A program made the translations under genes and the position numbers. Shown here one piece after another: positions 40,769 to 54,027 of a stretch of DNA of 64,000 nt. Positions within the stretch are counted from its first letter, which is position 1. Every line of letters starts with the position of its first letter. Under the pieces are notes generated by a model. That model was not told the origin of the DNA, made no database searches, and saw only the letters and a list, made by a program, of their open reading frames with translations. Source of the stretch: Octopus vulgaris (Eukaryota); assembly GCA_951406725.2 (NCBI GenBank), contig OX597826.1:18290001-18354000 (forward strand), in the 5' to 3' direction.

Positions 40769-42056
40769 TCAGGTCATCCCATAAGTTCTGTCCGGATTTT
40801 GATTAAAGAAAACAAGTGATCAAATGTTATATTTAATTGAAATGTAATCATCAATGTACCTTCCCTGATTATCTCTTCCTTCCTTCCATCAATTTACAAG
40901 CTTTTTAATCCCATCAATGTAAAACTCTTTTGGTTTCAAAGCAAAGAACTCTGAAATGTCAGTTTCGACCTCCTCCTGGATTGCAAAAGTTATGTCCCCC
41001 AAATGATTCTGTAAACTACAAAACAAATGGTAGTCTGAAGGAGCAAAGTCGGGAGAATAAGGTGGATGAGGAATTTTTTCACAACCAAACTCTTCAATCT
41101 TCTGTGATGTGATCTTTGCAGTGTGGGGTCGAGCATTGTCCTGATGAAACATCACTCCTTTTCGATTCACTAAAGCAGGTCTTTTTTCTTCAAAGCTTGG
41201 TTCAAATGCTCTAATTGCTGACAGTAGACTTGAGCATTGATTGCTGCATTAGGTGGTAACAATTCAAAGTGAATTATTCCTTTGCAATCCCACCAGATAG
41301 AGAGAAGAACCTTTTTTTCCATGAAGTTCCCTTCTCAGTTGTGGTTGAGCTTTTTCCCTTTTACCAAGCCACTGTTTACGACGTTTAACATTTCAATAGA
41401 AGATTCATTTTTCATCACCAGTCACAAGTCTATCCAAAAAGGGTGAAATGAGTTCATGAGAATGGAGAGAAGAGCAGATGTCAACTAGGGATTTGCAGTT
41501 GCTTTCGGACAATTCATGAGGCACCCATTTTCCAAGTTTAGGAACCTTTCCAAGTTGTTGAATATGACGATGAACAGTTGTATGGTTTGAACTAAGCTTT
41601 ATTGCTAATTCTTCAACTGATAATGCAGGATTTTCTTCAAGTAATGCCTCAAAGAGCTTATCATTAAACTCAACTGGACGTCCTGTTTGATCTTCATCTT
41701 CAAGGCTGAAATCTCCACTTCTGAATTTTGCAAACCATCTTATGTAAGTTCCTTCATTCAAGCATTCTTTCCCATAAACTGAGTGTGTGTTTTGAGTCAC
41801 TTTGGCTGCTGAGTTTCCTTTTTTGTACTCATAAAGCATTATGTGCCTCAAATGCTCTTTGGATACTTCCTTGTTAGAAAGTGTTTTAAGCAATGAAATT
41901 TTAATTCTATTATTCTGTAAAATAATATTTAATTTGTTTAAATGTACTCAAATGCATAAAAATAATTTTTAATTCCATTAGACATTGTAAAATACTATTA
42001 AACTTCATTCAATTTTAAAAAAGGTAAAATCGGACAGAACTTATGGGATGAGCTGA
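40769..42056 (-). mobile_element. Full-length mariner with TIRs and TA TSD; transposase disrupted
   Basis: TIRs tcaggtcatcccataagttctgtccg / cggacagaacttatgggatgagctga, TA on both sides, about 1.29 kb. Motifs WVPHEL, VTGDEK, FHQDNARPH and HPPYSPDFAPSDYHLF; ORF broken after GDEK. Confidence 0.95.
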
Positions 42057-42539
42057 TATTACAAAAAGATTTGATATCCAGCAATGGAATTTCTCCCTTT
42101 AAGAATCTAAGATAGCTCTTGGTATACCTCCTTAATTTTAACAGAACAATTATCCTTATTAATTAGTATTAATTATTATTAATTAATTGTCCTTATTAAT
42201 TTCTAAATAATATATAAATTTACAATTATTATACTGAATCCCACAGCTGCTATAGCATGCCTCACAGCTACTGTGCCACATCAAGTAATAAATCAGGGCT
42301 TATGTAGAAAATCTGTAAAAAGCTTACCAGAGACCATTCAATCTACTAGACATAGTAACTAATCTTGTTCTACAGTTTTATAAAAGAAGGACATAAATGT
42401 GAATGCAGTCCTAGATATACACCTTGTCTAGAGAGAGAGAAATAGGATGACCACACCTGTAACACCTTTGGCCTTATGACTATTTGACCAAAGCTTGTTT
42501 TATGACTTTGAGCTGATCAGCAGCAACAAATAGGGCTTG

Positions 42540-42750
42540 CTACAATTAGTGTAGTGTGTCCCACAACAACTGCAGTTTTTCCCACAACCAATGTCACTGA
42601 TTTCACAAATAGTGTAGCACTTCCCACAACTACTGTAGCATATCCCATAATTAATGTAGCATATTCCATAGCTACTATAGTACAACTCCTGTATATAACC
42701 ATAATTAGTGAAGCATATTGCACAAATACTTCAGTGTTTTTGTACAACTA
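42540..42750. repeat. 21-bp degenerate minisatellite
   Basis: Unit resembling actactgtagcatatcccaca. Confidence 0.75.
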
Positions 42751-44070
42751 ATATTATCATTATAACGTCTTTCACCCTTCCTCTAATCAGTTTCTCATAC
42801 ACTTAGACTAAAATATTCTCTGCGATACTATATTTCATAACACTCTAATTGATACATTCAGTAGCAGACTAAATCCTCACAGTTCATGTAATTACCATAA
42901 CTATTAATTATCGTTAATCATCTTCAACATTTCATTGCTGCCATGTTTCATTTACGCTAAAAACTCAACAAATATTCCATTAGAGATTTAGGTTTTACTG
43001 ATTTACTGACAATTATTCTTTTCTAGCACTTTATTTCATCACTTCACTCATCCATCAACTATTTCGTCTCTCTTAACATATTGCAATGAAAATACATCAA
43101 TAAATGGATAAATAAAATACATAAATAATGGTTCAAAAGCAAAACGAAAAAAATTAGAAGAAATGGAGAAAAGTCAGAAATAAATATATCCAATGAAGAA
43201 AACACAAAAATAAAACCGAACATCTCTCTGCACCAATACCTTTATCCTTTTGAAAAAAAATCAAAGACAAAGAAAGAAAGATGGAAAAGAAATCTTAATA
43301 TAGAAGGGATATTTCTGATATCTACCATTGATATCCATAGAAATCTATTCTTGCTTTGAGATGCTGCTTCATAAAAACAGTACGACCCATTGATCCAGAG
43401 CAGCAAGTGGACATTTATGAAAATTATAGCAATGCATGCTTTTGAAAATCTTCAATGGCATCTAAATCAAAGATTTTGCATCCTATTGGCTTGGAAGTCA
43501 TCCAAGAAGATTTTTCAAAGTGCTAGACATTCAATGCCTAGCTATATTGATTTTCTTTTTTTTTTTTTCATGTATGGTTTTCTTTTACCTTTTCTTTTTC
43601 TTCTCTAGTGGAAGTGCCGTCTGGTGAATTCACAAGCCTAACTAATTATAAGAAGGAATTTATGACAAAATCTTCCTCCTGTTGTTTAACAACAAATAGA
43701 GGCTGTCCTTAAAACATATTCTCATTCTTGGTGTGTGAACCATGCAGTACTTTTGGTGAGAAAGTCAGAAGAAGCTGCTAAAGTAATAAGTGTTTCCAAA
43801 ATACAGAGGAAGACAAGAGAAAAGGGTATAGGGCGTGTGAGGGGAGGTGGGAAGACAGAAAGGAGAAGGAATAGAAAAGAGTAAGATGTGGTGAGAAAGA
43901 TAAGAGAGAAATAGGAAGGGAAGTGGGGGGGAGAGATGGGAGGGAAGGGTGGAGGAGAAGCTGCAGAAAAATGAGGGAAAAGGTTGATAATCAAAGAGAG
44001 GGAAATAAGCAGAAAGAAATTGAAATGACAATGTTGTGATAGTGAAAGAGAGAGAATAAGACAGACAGAA

Positions 44071-44199
<129 letters not shown>

Positions 44200-44278
44200 A
44201 TGTTTGAAAGAAATAAGTGAACAAAGATGTATACAGTATGATGCCTACTTATGATATGTGTGAGTGTTGTGTTTGTGA

Positions 44279-44335
<57 letters not shown>

Positions 44336-44783
44336 ACAATAGGTGGATGAGTAAATTAATGTGAAAAAGAAACAGAATGACAATGAGAAGAATGTAAAAG
44401 ACAAACTAAAAAGAAAGAGATGACCAAAGAAGTGAAATAAGGAAAAAGGCATGGAATTTCTTATATTTTCACTTTGATATTTTATTTATGTTAGTGTTGT
44501 CTGCTGAAATCATTATTGGTATTTTCAGTAACTTTCTGACTTTGTGGCTGAAATATGAAATAGATTGAAAATAACAGCCTATTGAGTGTAGAGGATATCA
44601 GTTCATGCATATCAATGTGTTTGTCCAGTAGTTAGAGGATATTAAGGTTATCTCCTACATACTAATATTTTTACTCAAAATGTAGAAGATATTTCTATTA
44701 ACATATGCATGTGAATATACTGACCTGGGAGAATTGATTTTATGTGTGTGTCCACATGCATGTTTGTCTGCATACATATATAT

Positions 44784-44818
<35 letters not shown>

Positions 44819-44821
<3 letters not shown>

Positions 44822-45350
44822 TCATCATCATCATCATCATTTAGCGTCCGTTTTCCATGCTAGCATGGGTTGGATGGTTCAACTGGGGTCTGTGAAGCCG
44901 GAAGGCTTCATCAGGCCCAGTCAGATCTGGCAATATTTCTACGGCTGGATGCCCTTCCTAACGCCAACCACTCCGTGAGTGTAGTGGGTGCTTTTTACGT
45001 GCCACCCGCACAGGTGCCAGACAGAGCTGGCAAACGGCCACGAACGGATGGTGCTTTTACGTGCCACCGGCATGGGGGCCAGGCGAGGCTGGCAACGGAC
45101 ACGAACGGATGGTGCTTTTATGTGCCATCGGCACGGGGGGCCCATCATCATCATCAACATCATCATCATCATCATCATTTAATGTCCACTTTCCATGTTG
45201 GCATGGACTGGACAGTCTGAAAGGAACTGGTGAGTCAGAGGACTGCAGCTAGCTATACTGTCAGCTTTGGTATGATTTCTACAGCTAGATGCTCTTCCTA
45301 ACCTCAGCTACTTTAGAGAGTGTATGGGGTACTTTTACATGGCACCAGCA
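44819..45350 (-). mobile_element. Two stacked RTE 3' tails
   Basis: Two (CAT)n-initiated copies of the RTE 3' UTR at ~44819-45140 and ~45143-45350. Confidence 0.75.
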
Positions 45351-45406
45351 CATTAAATAAATGTATATACATACATACATAATACATACATACATACATA
45401 CATACA

Positions 45407-45442
<36 letters not shown>

Positions 45443-45689
45443 TATTATATTTTGTGAAATTTGATTTAGTATTTCTAAATTGAATTTTTCCCTGTAAGTT
45501 AGGAATAATATTCCCTCAAATAATTATTATATATATATGTAGTACATACATATACATATACACACATGCATACATACATATAGATATATATTTGAATAAT
45601 GAGAGAGATGGAAGATGAAATATACACAATAATAGTGATATAGCCAACACAGTAACAGCGGCAATTATAAAGTCAGAACTGTCACATAT

Positions 45690-46130
45690 TCAGCTAAACC
45701 TAATAAATGCTCATGCAGAGATAAATCAAAATGTCCATTGATGAACCTCTGTATGAATAAGAATTTCATATATAAATGTACCATTCACACAAGGGGAAGA
45801 CTGTACATTTACAGTGGGGCAGTGGCTGATTCATTCAAGAATCGTTATTGCAACCAGCCTCAAGAAAATCAACAAGAGGCATTCAATATCTTTGCCTGAT
45901 TTTGTATGGAGACTTTAGGAAGATAAAATTAAATATGATCTAACTTGGTCCATAATAAGGAACATGCAACCATATAATATCCTTTCGAGGAGATGCGGAC
46001 TCTGCATAAGGAATCCCTGTCTTTTGTGTGGACCAAGTGAAGATCATTAACACAATTTCTGAAAGACTCTCAAGATGTTTACATGCTTTCACACAATGCT
46101 TAGATGCACTTTCACGCAATGCAGTTGAAA
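45690..46130 (+). mobile_element. Penelope-like element GIY-YIG endonuclease relic
   Basis: KCPLMNLCMNKNFIYKCTI...YSGAVADSFKNRY; IKYDLTWSII..QPYNILSRRCGLC. Confidence 0.8.
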
Positions 46131-47430
46131 TTTGAGTAACCATTAATCAAATTAATAATCATAATTGACCTTAAAGTATGGATGAATTAAGTTTCACTCT
46201 AGCCTCCCCGTAAACAATAAATAGTTATTTAATTCACTGTGTGAGCATATGTGCACCAAACCTCATGCGTGCGTATGCTTGCATGTTTGTGGATATTTGT
46301 ATGAGCAAGTGTACATGCACCATGCATGAGAGCGCTTATGCATCCACATCTGTTAATAGCTATATTTAATACTCTTTTCACTGTAATATGTGTTCATTAC
46401 TTTCTGCATCTGTTATATTTATTATTGATCTTATATAAAAATGAAGCCGTATCTTTTAATTTGCTGCTTTACCATACACAAACTGAGGAGATATCTTGTG
46501 GAATAGCTGTTATTTTAATGGTATACATCTTATAACCCCCTGGAGAGACACATCTACACTGTCAGATACTCCTAAACCAGTTAAGTATCTCACATGTGAG
46601 GGATTGATGCCAGATGGATCAAAACAATTGTAGTGATCAATAAACATTCTCATATCTTCCATCTCTCTCATTGTTCAAATACCCAACAAACTATGTGAAA
46701 GTGAATGTGCTTTACCAGTAAGCTACCAGGTGTATACCATACTATTTATTATCTAATATGTGTATATATATATATATATACTAATATATAGATACAAACA
46801 CACTTCTAATTTGTAAAATAAAGTGACTTAACTAATATGTAAACATATACATACAAACAAACATGGATACATACATACATACAAGGAAACAAACAAGCAA
46901 GCAAACAAACAAACAAGGGTAAATACTCAATCTTTCTTTGCTGTCCTTACAGCTTTACTGTGTTCAAAATTTATTTTCTTGTCTGCAAAATACCAACCAC
47001 AATCAACACTTCCAAAGTTTGTTTATAAAATGTTGTCACATTTGAAAGCTATAATTAAGCATTAAATTTGATGGTAATTGTTGTTGGGGACAGTTTAGCT
47101 TAATGATTACAGCACTCAGCTAGTATTTGAGGGGTATGGGTTTAAGTCCTGTAGCCACCTTCTAGCAAATTTTTTCTGTCTTATAAGGGTAAATATCCAA
47201 TATTTCTCTGCTATCCTTACAGCTATACTGCATTTGAAATTTACTTTCTTGTCTGCAAAATGCATATATATATATATATATGTATAATATTATCAAGATA
47301 ATACTAATTTTTAAAATTTGGGAAAATGCAAGGAGGGAGAGGGAAGTTTTAGTGTCTATCTTTGTCAAGCAGCTGGTTACTAGGACTGAATTGTGGAGTG
47401 GTGCATTGTTCTGGTGCAGGTGTTCTGGCC

Positions 47431-47432
<2 letters not shown>

Positions 47433-47462
<30 letters not shown>

Positions 47463-47550
47463 TGTATGTATGTATGTATGTATGTATGTGTGTGTGTGTA
47501 TGTATGTATGTATGTATGTATGTATGTATGTGTGTGTGTATGTATGTATG

Positions 47551-47581
<31 letters not shown>

Positions 47582-47658
47582 GTATGTGTGTATGTATGTA
47601 TGCATGCATGCATGTATGTAAGTATGTATGTATGTATGTATGTATGTATGTATGTATG

Positions 47659-47689
<31 letters not shown>

Positions 47690-48085
47690 GTATATGTGTA
47701 TGTATGCATGCATGCATGCATGCATGTATGTATGTAAGTATGTGTGTATGTATGTATGTAAGTATGTGTGTATGTATGTATGTAAGTATGTAAGTATGTA
47801 TGTATGTCATTATGCAGTTTATTTCAAGATTTCTTGTCAAGAGAGAAAGAACCAGTTTCTAAACTCGACTCAAGACTCCTTCATTGGCATTTCAACATCA
47901 CCAACAGGGTATTTTTGTTTGTATATGTATGTATGTATGTATGTACGTATGTATGCATGTATGTATGTATGCATGTAAGTATGTATGTATGTTTGTATGT
48001 AAGTATGTATGTATGTATGTATGTATGTATGTATGCATGTATGTATGTATACATGCATGTATGTATGCATGTATGTATGTATATG
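47433..48085. repeat. (TATG)n compound microsatellite
   Basis: Directly visible; two tracts separated by about 120 bp. Confidence 0.95.
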
Positions 48086-48396
48086 TGCAGATTTGTATGT
48101 TTTGCTTTATGTATGTATTCTCATGCATATAGTTGCATATCTAAACATGCTCATATATATTTAAATGATAAACTTCTGAAAAGTTTTACAGATTTTTACA
48201 GTTCTAGTGAGGGATTGGATCTGTAGTCTTTGAATTAGCTTTCTCCTTTCTGGTTTTGAGAAGCTTAATTTCTCAAGATTGGTATTTAGGTAGTGTATTA
48301 CATATCCCAGCGCCCCAATAATTGCAGGTATAAACCTGAACTTGTAATCTGGATAAAGTAACTGCAGATTTCTCAATAGTTGAGTATAGGTATTCC

Positions 48397-48439
<43 letters not shown>

Positions 48440-48518
48440 GTAAATGTAAATGTAAATTCCTCTATTTATATAATATCGAGGTCTCTTGTTATCCTACCGT
48501 TTTTATCAATATATATCT

Positions 48519-49706
48519 CAGCCCCCTCCTATTTATCCTAGTCCTGCAGGCAATAACGGAGGAATTCAAGACAGGATGCCTCTGGGAGCTCCTCTATGCT
48601 GATGACCTTGCTCTAATTGCTGAGTCACTATCAGAACTAGAGGAGAAGTTTCAAGTGTGGAAACAAGGATTAGAATCGAAGGGCCTTAGAGTCAACCTAG
48701 CTAAAACCTAATAAGTAGGAAGGCAGGCAAACCACAAATCCCTTCAGGTAGATGGCCCTGCTCAATCTGTAGTAGAGGCATAGGTAGAAACTCTATAAGA
48801 TGTATCCAGTGTAAGCTATGGACACATAAGAGGTGCAGTAATATCAAAGGAAGGCTAACTGGGAAGATAGTTTTTGTATGTGGCAGATGCTCGGGAGCAA
48901 TAAACACTGAAAATGCGCAGAGAACAACTTCCGCCACATTCCAGGGAGAAAAACTAGAAGTAGTTGATAGCTTCCATTACCTAGGTGACCAAGTCAGTAG
49001 CAGGGGAGGGTGCACTGAAATTGTAGCTGCTAGAATAAGAATATCGTAGGCAAAGTTCAGGAGCGTAACCAGCCCACCTATGCATATCTTTTCCTTCTTT
49101 GGACACTAAACTCTGCTAGCAAAGACTTGTTGAGGCAAGTGAAATCACGATCAAAATCAAAATCAAATTCGATGACTGGCATCTGTGCTAGTGGGGTGCA
49201 AAGAGCACAATACGAGTGTGATCGTTGACAGAGTGGCTAACCGACTTCCATGCCAGTGGCACATAAAAGGCACCATTTGAGTGTGATCGTTACCAGCGTT
49301 GCCTTACTGGTACTTGTGCCCATGCTAGTAGGGTGCCAAGAGCACCATCCGAGCGTGATTGTTGCCAGAGCAGCCAACTGGCTACGTATCTGTGGCATGT
49401 AAAAGGGCACCATTCGAGCGTGATCGTTACCAACATCGCCTTACTGGCACCTGTGCCGGTGGTATGTGTAAAAAGATTCGAGTGAGGTCATTGCCAGTAC
49501 TGCCTGACTGGCCTCTGTGCCAGTGGCACGTAAAAAGCACCCACTACACTCTCAGAGTGGTTGGTGTTAGGAAGGGCATCTAGCTGTAGAAACTCTGCCA
49601 GATCAAGATTGCAGCCTGGTGCAGCCATCTGGTTCACCAGCCCTCAGTCAAAATCGTTCAACCCATGCTAGCATGGAAAGCGGACGTTAAACGATGATGA
49701 TGATGA
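48519..49706 (+). mobile_element. RTE LINE fragment: RT core, PHD-like finger, internal deletion and 3' UTR
   Basis: SPLLFILVLQAITEEFKTGCLWELLYADDLAL..GLRVNLAKT; WPCSIC...CIQCKLWTHKRC...CGRC; (GAT)n tail. Confidence 0.9.
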
Positions 49707-49949
49707 TATATATATATATATATATGCATGTATATATGTATACGCCATGATAGATCGTTAGCCACTACACACATTCTTTTTCTCTCCTTGTTCTTTTTGT
49801 GTACCTTTATGTAGAAGAGCGTAGGCTCGAAACGTAAAAGACTTTTTCTATTCCTGAGCGTTATACTAATACATCTGCTTGTTTTGTACACTACCTGCCT
49901 TTGTCGTTTGTTTTTTTTTCGTAAACTTTCCCTATATATATATATATAT

Positions 49950-49988
<39 letters not shown>

Positions 49989-50004
49989 TACACACACGTA
50001 CACA

Positions 50005-50820
50005 TGTATGTGTGAGCAACTGAGAGCCCCTTTTCAGAACCCACTATAACAACCACAAGTCCTCCTTCAGCATCCTGGAGAGGTATAACACCAAAACCCT
50101 GGCCAAGCATATGTGGTCATTGGCAGAAAGCAACACTGAATATAGCATAAAGCAGAGGATTCTAGAGAAATGGAAAGCATACTTCAATAGCAGCAGGAAG
50201 TGCAGATTATGCCTGGCTGAGAAAAGAGCAATTTTAAAGAGTTCCCAATAGCCAGGCATCTACCTGAACAGTACATGCACCAGCCTGGTGGACGCCAAGT
50301 CAATAGACACTTTTCTACCCCACCTCACCCCCAATATAAGCCTCCCCACATATTGTACCACTACACACAGCATGCCCAAGTTTTTATCCAAAACATAAAA
50401 GAAAAGAAAACACACTAACGAACTCAGAGGTGTATACCCCACTACTCACATTCCATTTCCTCATGAACATTAAACTTAAAGACACACAATTCCCATAAAC
50501 TCTTTTCCAGAAAACTCTTGCCAAGTCACAACAAAACCACTTCCAGAGTTGTTATTTTTTGGTGCCAAAGGACATAACTTTTAACTTGATCCCCCACTCA
50601 ATTCGTTTCATCATCTTTTTCCCAACAGCCACAAACCAGATGTGTTTATTCACTTTCAGCAATAGAGAGCAGTCACCATATTTCATTTCATAATAGCTAT
50701 CTCTGAAGAGCACAAGGGTTATATAATCGGACTGTTACCTAATACTCCGTTGAACCTTTGGTGTGAAACCAACTGGTAAGATCGGCCTTACTGGATATAT
50801 AATACTGGACACTTCAATTA
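50005..50820 (+). mobile_element. Penelope-like element 3' end: GIY-YIG C-terminus plus hammerhead-bearing pLTR
   Basis: HYNNHKSSF..TLAKHMWSL..EYSIKQRIL..YFNSSRKCRLCLAEK, followed by the hammerhead and a (TA)n tract. Confidence 0.82.
50699..50782 (+). ncRNA. Type I hammerhead ribozyme in the 3' (pLTR) region of a Penelope-like element
   Basis: ATCT-CTGAAGA-GCACaagggtt...aacctttgGTGT-GAAA-CCaactGGTA-AGAT. Stem I atct/agat, core CUGAAGA and GAAA, extended stem II, short stem III and a GUA cleavage triplet (cut after 50778). Confidence 0.75.
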
Positions 50821-50836
50821 ATATAAATATATATAC

Positions 50837-50872
<36 letters not shown>

Positions 50873-51789
50873 GCAGTAATAACAGAAATCCATACATATA
50901 TATTTGTATGTGTATGTAACTAAGAAACTAAATATAATTCATGATAAAAAGTTGCAGTTATATTTTGAATACTGTTCACCTGCTTTGCCACCTCTGACTG
51001 CCACTCACTTTCACTCAATTCGTTGTTTACTTTTCTTTCCCTGGCATGACCACTGAGCCACACACTGCACTTTATTATAAGATTATAAGAAATACATCCC
51101 CTTGTGCAAGATCTTCTTCAGTTAATACATAGTTTGTTGTATTTAATTTGAGTCGGAAATTATAGTACCATGCATTGTTTTGCTTAGAAACAAAATGGGA
51201 TTTCATTCAAAACATGTAATGCATATACATACATACATACATACATACATACACACACACACATACATACATACATACATACATACATACAAACAAACAA
51301 ACAAACATACAAAATGAGTAAGGTATATCATTTCCCGATGCTCCCGTCTGCTCAGTTGTAGATGAGTACTTATAGGTTGCTGGTGCAGCCCTCTCTTCCT
51401 GTCTGCTGTCGCATCCTCAATGTTTTGCTAGGTCAAAGGTGAGAAGGGGGACTGAGAGGGTGTTTTATCTGCTCATAATTATGTTGGTACTGCAAACAAT
51501 TATTAAAAGACTGGCACATATTACGAAGCCATACCCACTTCTGAGTCAGGATTGGTTGAGCATTTCTTGTTGAAGATTTTTATTGCTGGGGCTGAAGGAA
51601 GGGGCAGTGGCCATCATAACCCTTTCAGAATCATGAAGACCAGTGAGACTGAGGATGACATTAATGTTCTGTTTAAATCATTGCAGATCCTGCTCCTGTC
51701 GTTTCTGCAAGCACAGAAAAGACACGAGCAGGAAGGAGAATCCAGAGGGCCCATGTTCTAGGGTGGAAATATTGGGTATAGTGATTAGT

Positions 51790-52075
51790 GTGGGGAGTAG
51801 GTGGGGTTGGATACAATTAAGGTAATAAAAAGAGGAGAGATGAGTAGCTTTTAGTTTGAGAGTATCTGAACAGAGGAGCCAACTCCAAGGAATGTAGACC
51901 ATTACAGTAGGTGTAGGAAAAGGCAAAGAGAAATGACAGCAAACCTGTAGACCAAGACAAGCTTGTGTCTGTAAGTGATTTTGTACCAAGAGTTGAGTGG
52001 CCCTTTTCTGAATGTGGTCCTGGATGTCTGTGTGTGTAGCAGCAGCCCAGCAGTGGGGGCATATATTTTGAGAGA
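51790..52075 (-). mobile_element. CR1/L2-group LINE 3' end relic
   Basis: DHIQKRATQL and YCNGLHSLELA resemble the RT C-terminal LDRIQRRA...YxxGxCSxELA. Confidence 0.45.
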
Positions 52076-52120
<45 letters not shown>

Positions 52121-53868
52121 CGTGCATGCGTGCGTGTGTGTGTGTGTGTGTGTGTATGTGCATGCACACGCACGTGCATGCATGTGTCTGCCTGTCTGAA
52201 TGTATGTGCATACATATGTTCTCTTCTATTTTTTATTATTTGAAGTCTTCTTATAAGGAAAGAGTTTTTTGACAAAAATACCAAACTCTATCATTGGAAA
52301 GTAAATTACAAAACCAATGTCACATGTTGATGCATGCATGTATGTATGTATGGATGGATGGATGGATGCAGACATGCATGCTTGCATGCATCTATGTATG
52401 TATGTGTCATTCAGGTATATGTCTACAAATGGTGTCATATAATCTAATAATACCTGTTTCATAGTTGGACCATCAACTAGTAAACCAGCAACTCCACAAG
52501 AAGATCTTTTTCCAATGTGAAGAAGTTGCATTGAACAGAATATATATATAAAGGGCCAAAAGCAAAATCTATCAAAAGTACTTAGAAAAGAACCTCTAGT
52601 GGATCCATGGTCATGTTTGCTTCAAATTGCCAATGACATCTTGCCATTGCACTTGAGTGTGGAACAGCCAAGTCAGTCAATCTTAAGAAGGATCCATTAA
52701 TTTCGCTGCATTTTCCCTGTAGGACAGGTAGATCAAGCTTGTGTCTTTCTCACTTTAACTTGAGATGTTTTCTCTTCCAGTTTTTTATTATTCTTCTGAG
52801 CACACTTTTATGCAAACTTCCAAAAAAATGCAATGAATTCAGTGCACACTACATTATCAGTATTGTAATCAGCTCAGGTACTTTATAGTTATCTCTGTGA
52901 GCAATCATCGTGATCCTCATTCCCTTCAGTCAATTTTAGTGGTGGAAATAAATTGGCCTTTCCATCTCCAAGTTTAGTATAAATAAGGTTTTGAACTGTT
53001 TCAAACCTCAAACAGATGGTAGACCTTTTGCAGTGCTCAGAGTATCAAGTGTGTTTTTCTTAATTGAAATAATAAGAAAGAAATAGTGAATATTAAGAAC
53101 TCTATGATCAAATTAATAGAAGAAAATTTAACTAAATAAATGTCTAAAGCTATTTGAATTCCTCTTACTAATGAGACCAAACTGACAAATGTCTTCTATT
53201 GTAGCCTTGGATTGATTAATGATTTACAAGTGGAATTGGTTAAAGGAATGTAAAAAGCCCATCAAATGGATGTGTGTGGGAGAATACTGTTTCATGTGCT
53301 GTGATTAAAACCATTGGAATGAAAAAAAAAATGTTATAATTTCTGGCAAACAAAAGCCTTATAGTTTTGGCTTCCTGTGTATAAGGATCTGCAGAATCAA
53401 AGAAAAGTTAAATAAGCAGGTAAACAAAAGCCTCTGGGTGTAGAAAATTTGCCTTAACTAGTTTTGTCTGACCCATAAAGAATGGGAAAATAGACAAAAA
53501 CCAGACAAACAGAAACAAGCCTACTGCCTCTTGTAGAAATAGCAACTACATCCTCCTCAAACCCCACTCAATCACTTTAACAAAAAGAAGGAACACATAC
53601 TGCAATCCAAGTTAGAATATGCCAAGAAATACACAAAATGATCTTAGCTGAAAATTCTGAAATGATAGGTTGGTTCAACCAGGACTGACTTTTGGATAAA
53701 CAATAACAGCTTCACTTAAATGGAGATTTATTTACAATCAAACTAAAATCAATGATTATTGTTTTTCAGATTTTGCATCTTGAAACAATATTCTGTAAGA
53801 AAACTAGAAAATTTGATTATTTGGGTCAAATTATCAACGAATTTTCTGGAGGAAAATTTAATTTTTAC

Positions 53869-54027
53869 CTTCACATGTAACAGCTTTCCCAGGGTTTCCT
53901 GCAAAACCTTTATTGCAAATGCATTCATCAACTGATAGATGAGGTGAGCCTTCAGCAATGTAAGAATGTTTGGGGCAGTTGGTGCAAGACTTCTTGGCCG
54001 AATTAAAGTAGGTGTTTTTTGTACAAA
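53869..54027 (-). CDS. Next internal exon of the same gene: ephrin-receptor-like (GCC2/GCC3) Cys-rich repeat with EGF-like tail
   Basis: Acceptor cttatttgcAG and donor G|GTAAAA; 159 nt, phase 1-1, in frame with the EGF exon. Translates to FCTKNTYFNSAKKSCTNCPKHSYIAEGSPHLSVDECICNKGFAGNPGKAVTCE (C-x-x-C-P-x-x-S-Y and C-x-C-x-x-G-F-x-G motifs). Confidence 0.88.

Noticed and set aside
42500-42751. Cys/Tyr-rich or Thr-rich ORFs resembling keratin-associated or mucin proteins
   Set aside because: They are products of a 21-bp minisatellite, with no splice sites or signal peptide.
52440-53070. Possible hAT transposase relic on the minus strand (IHCIF, LFHTQVQW)
   Set aside because: Motifs are too degenerate and interrupted to support a call.
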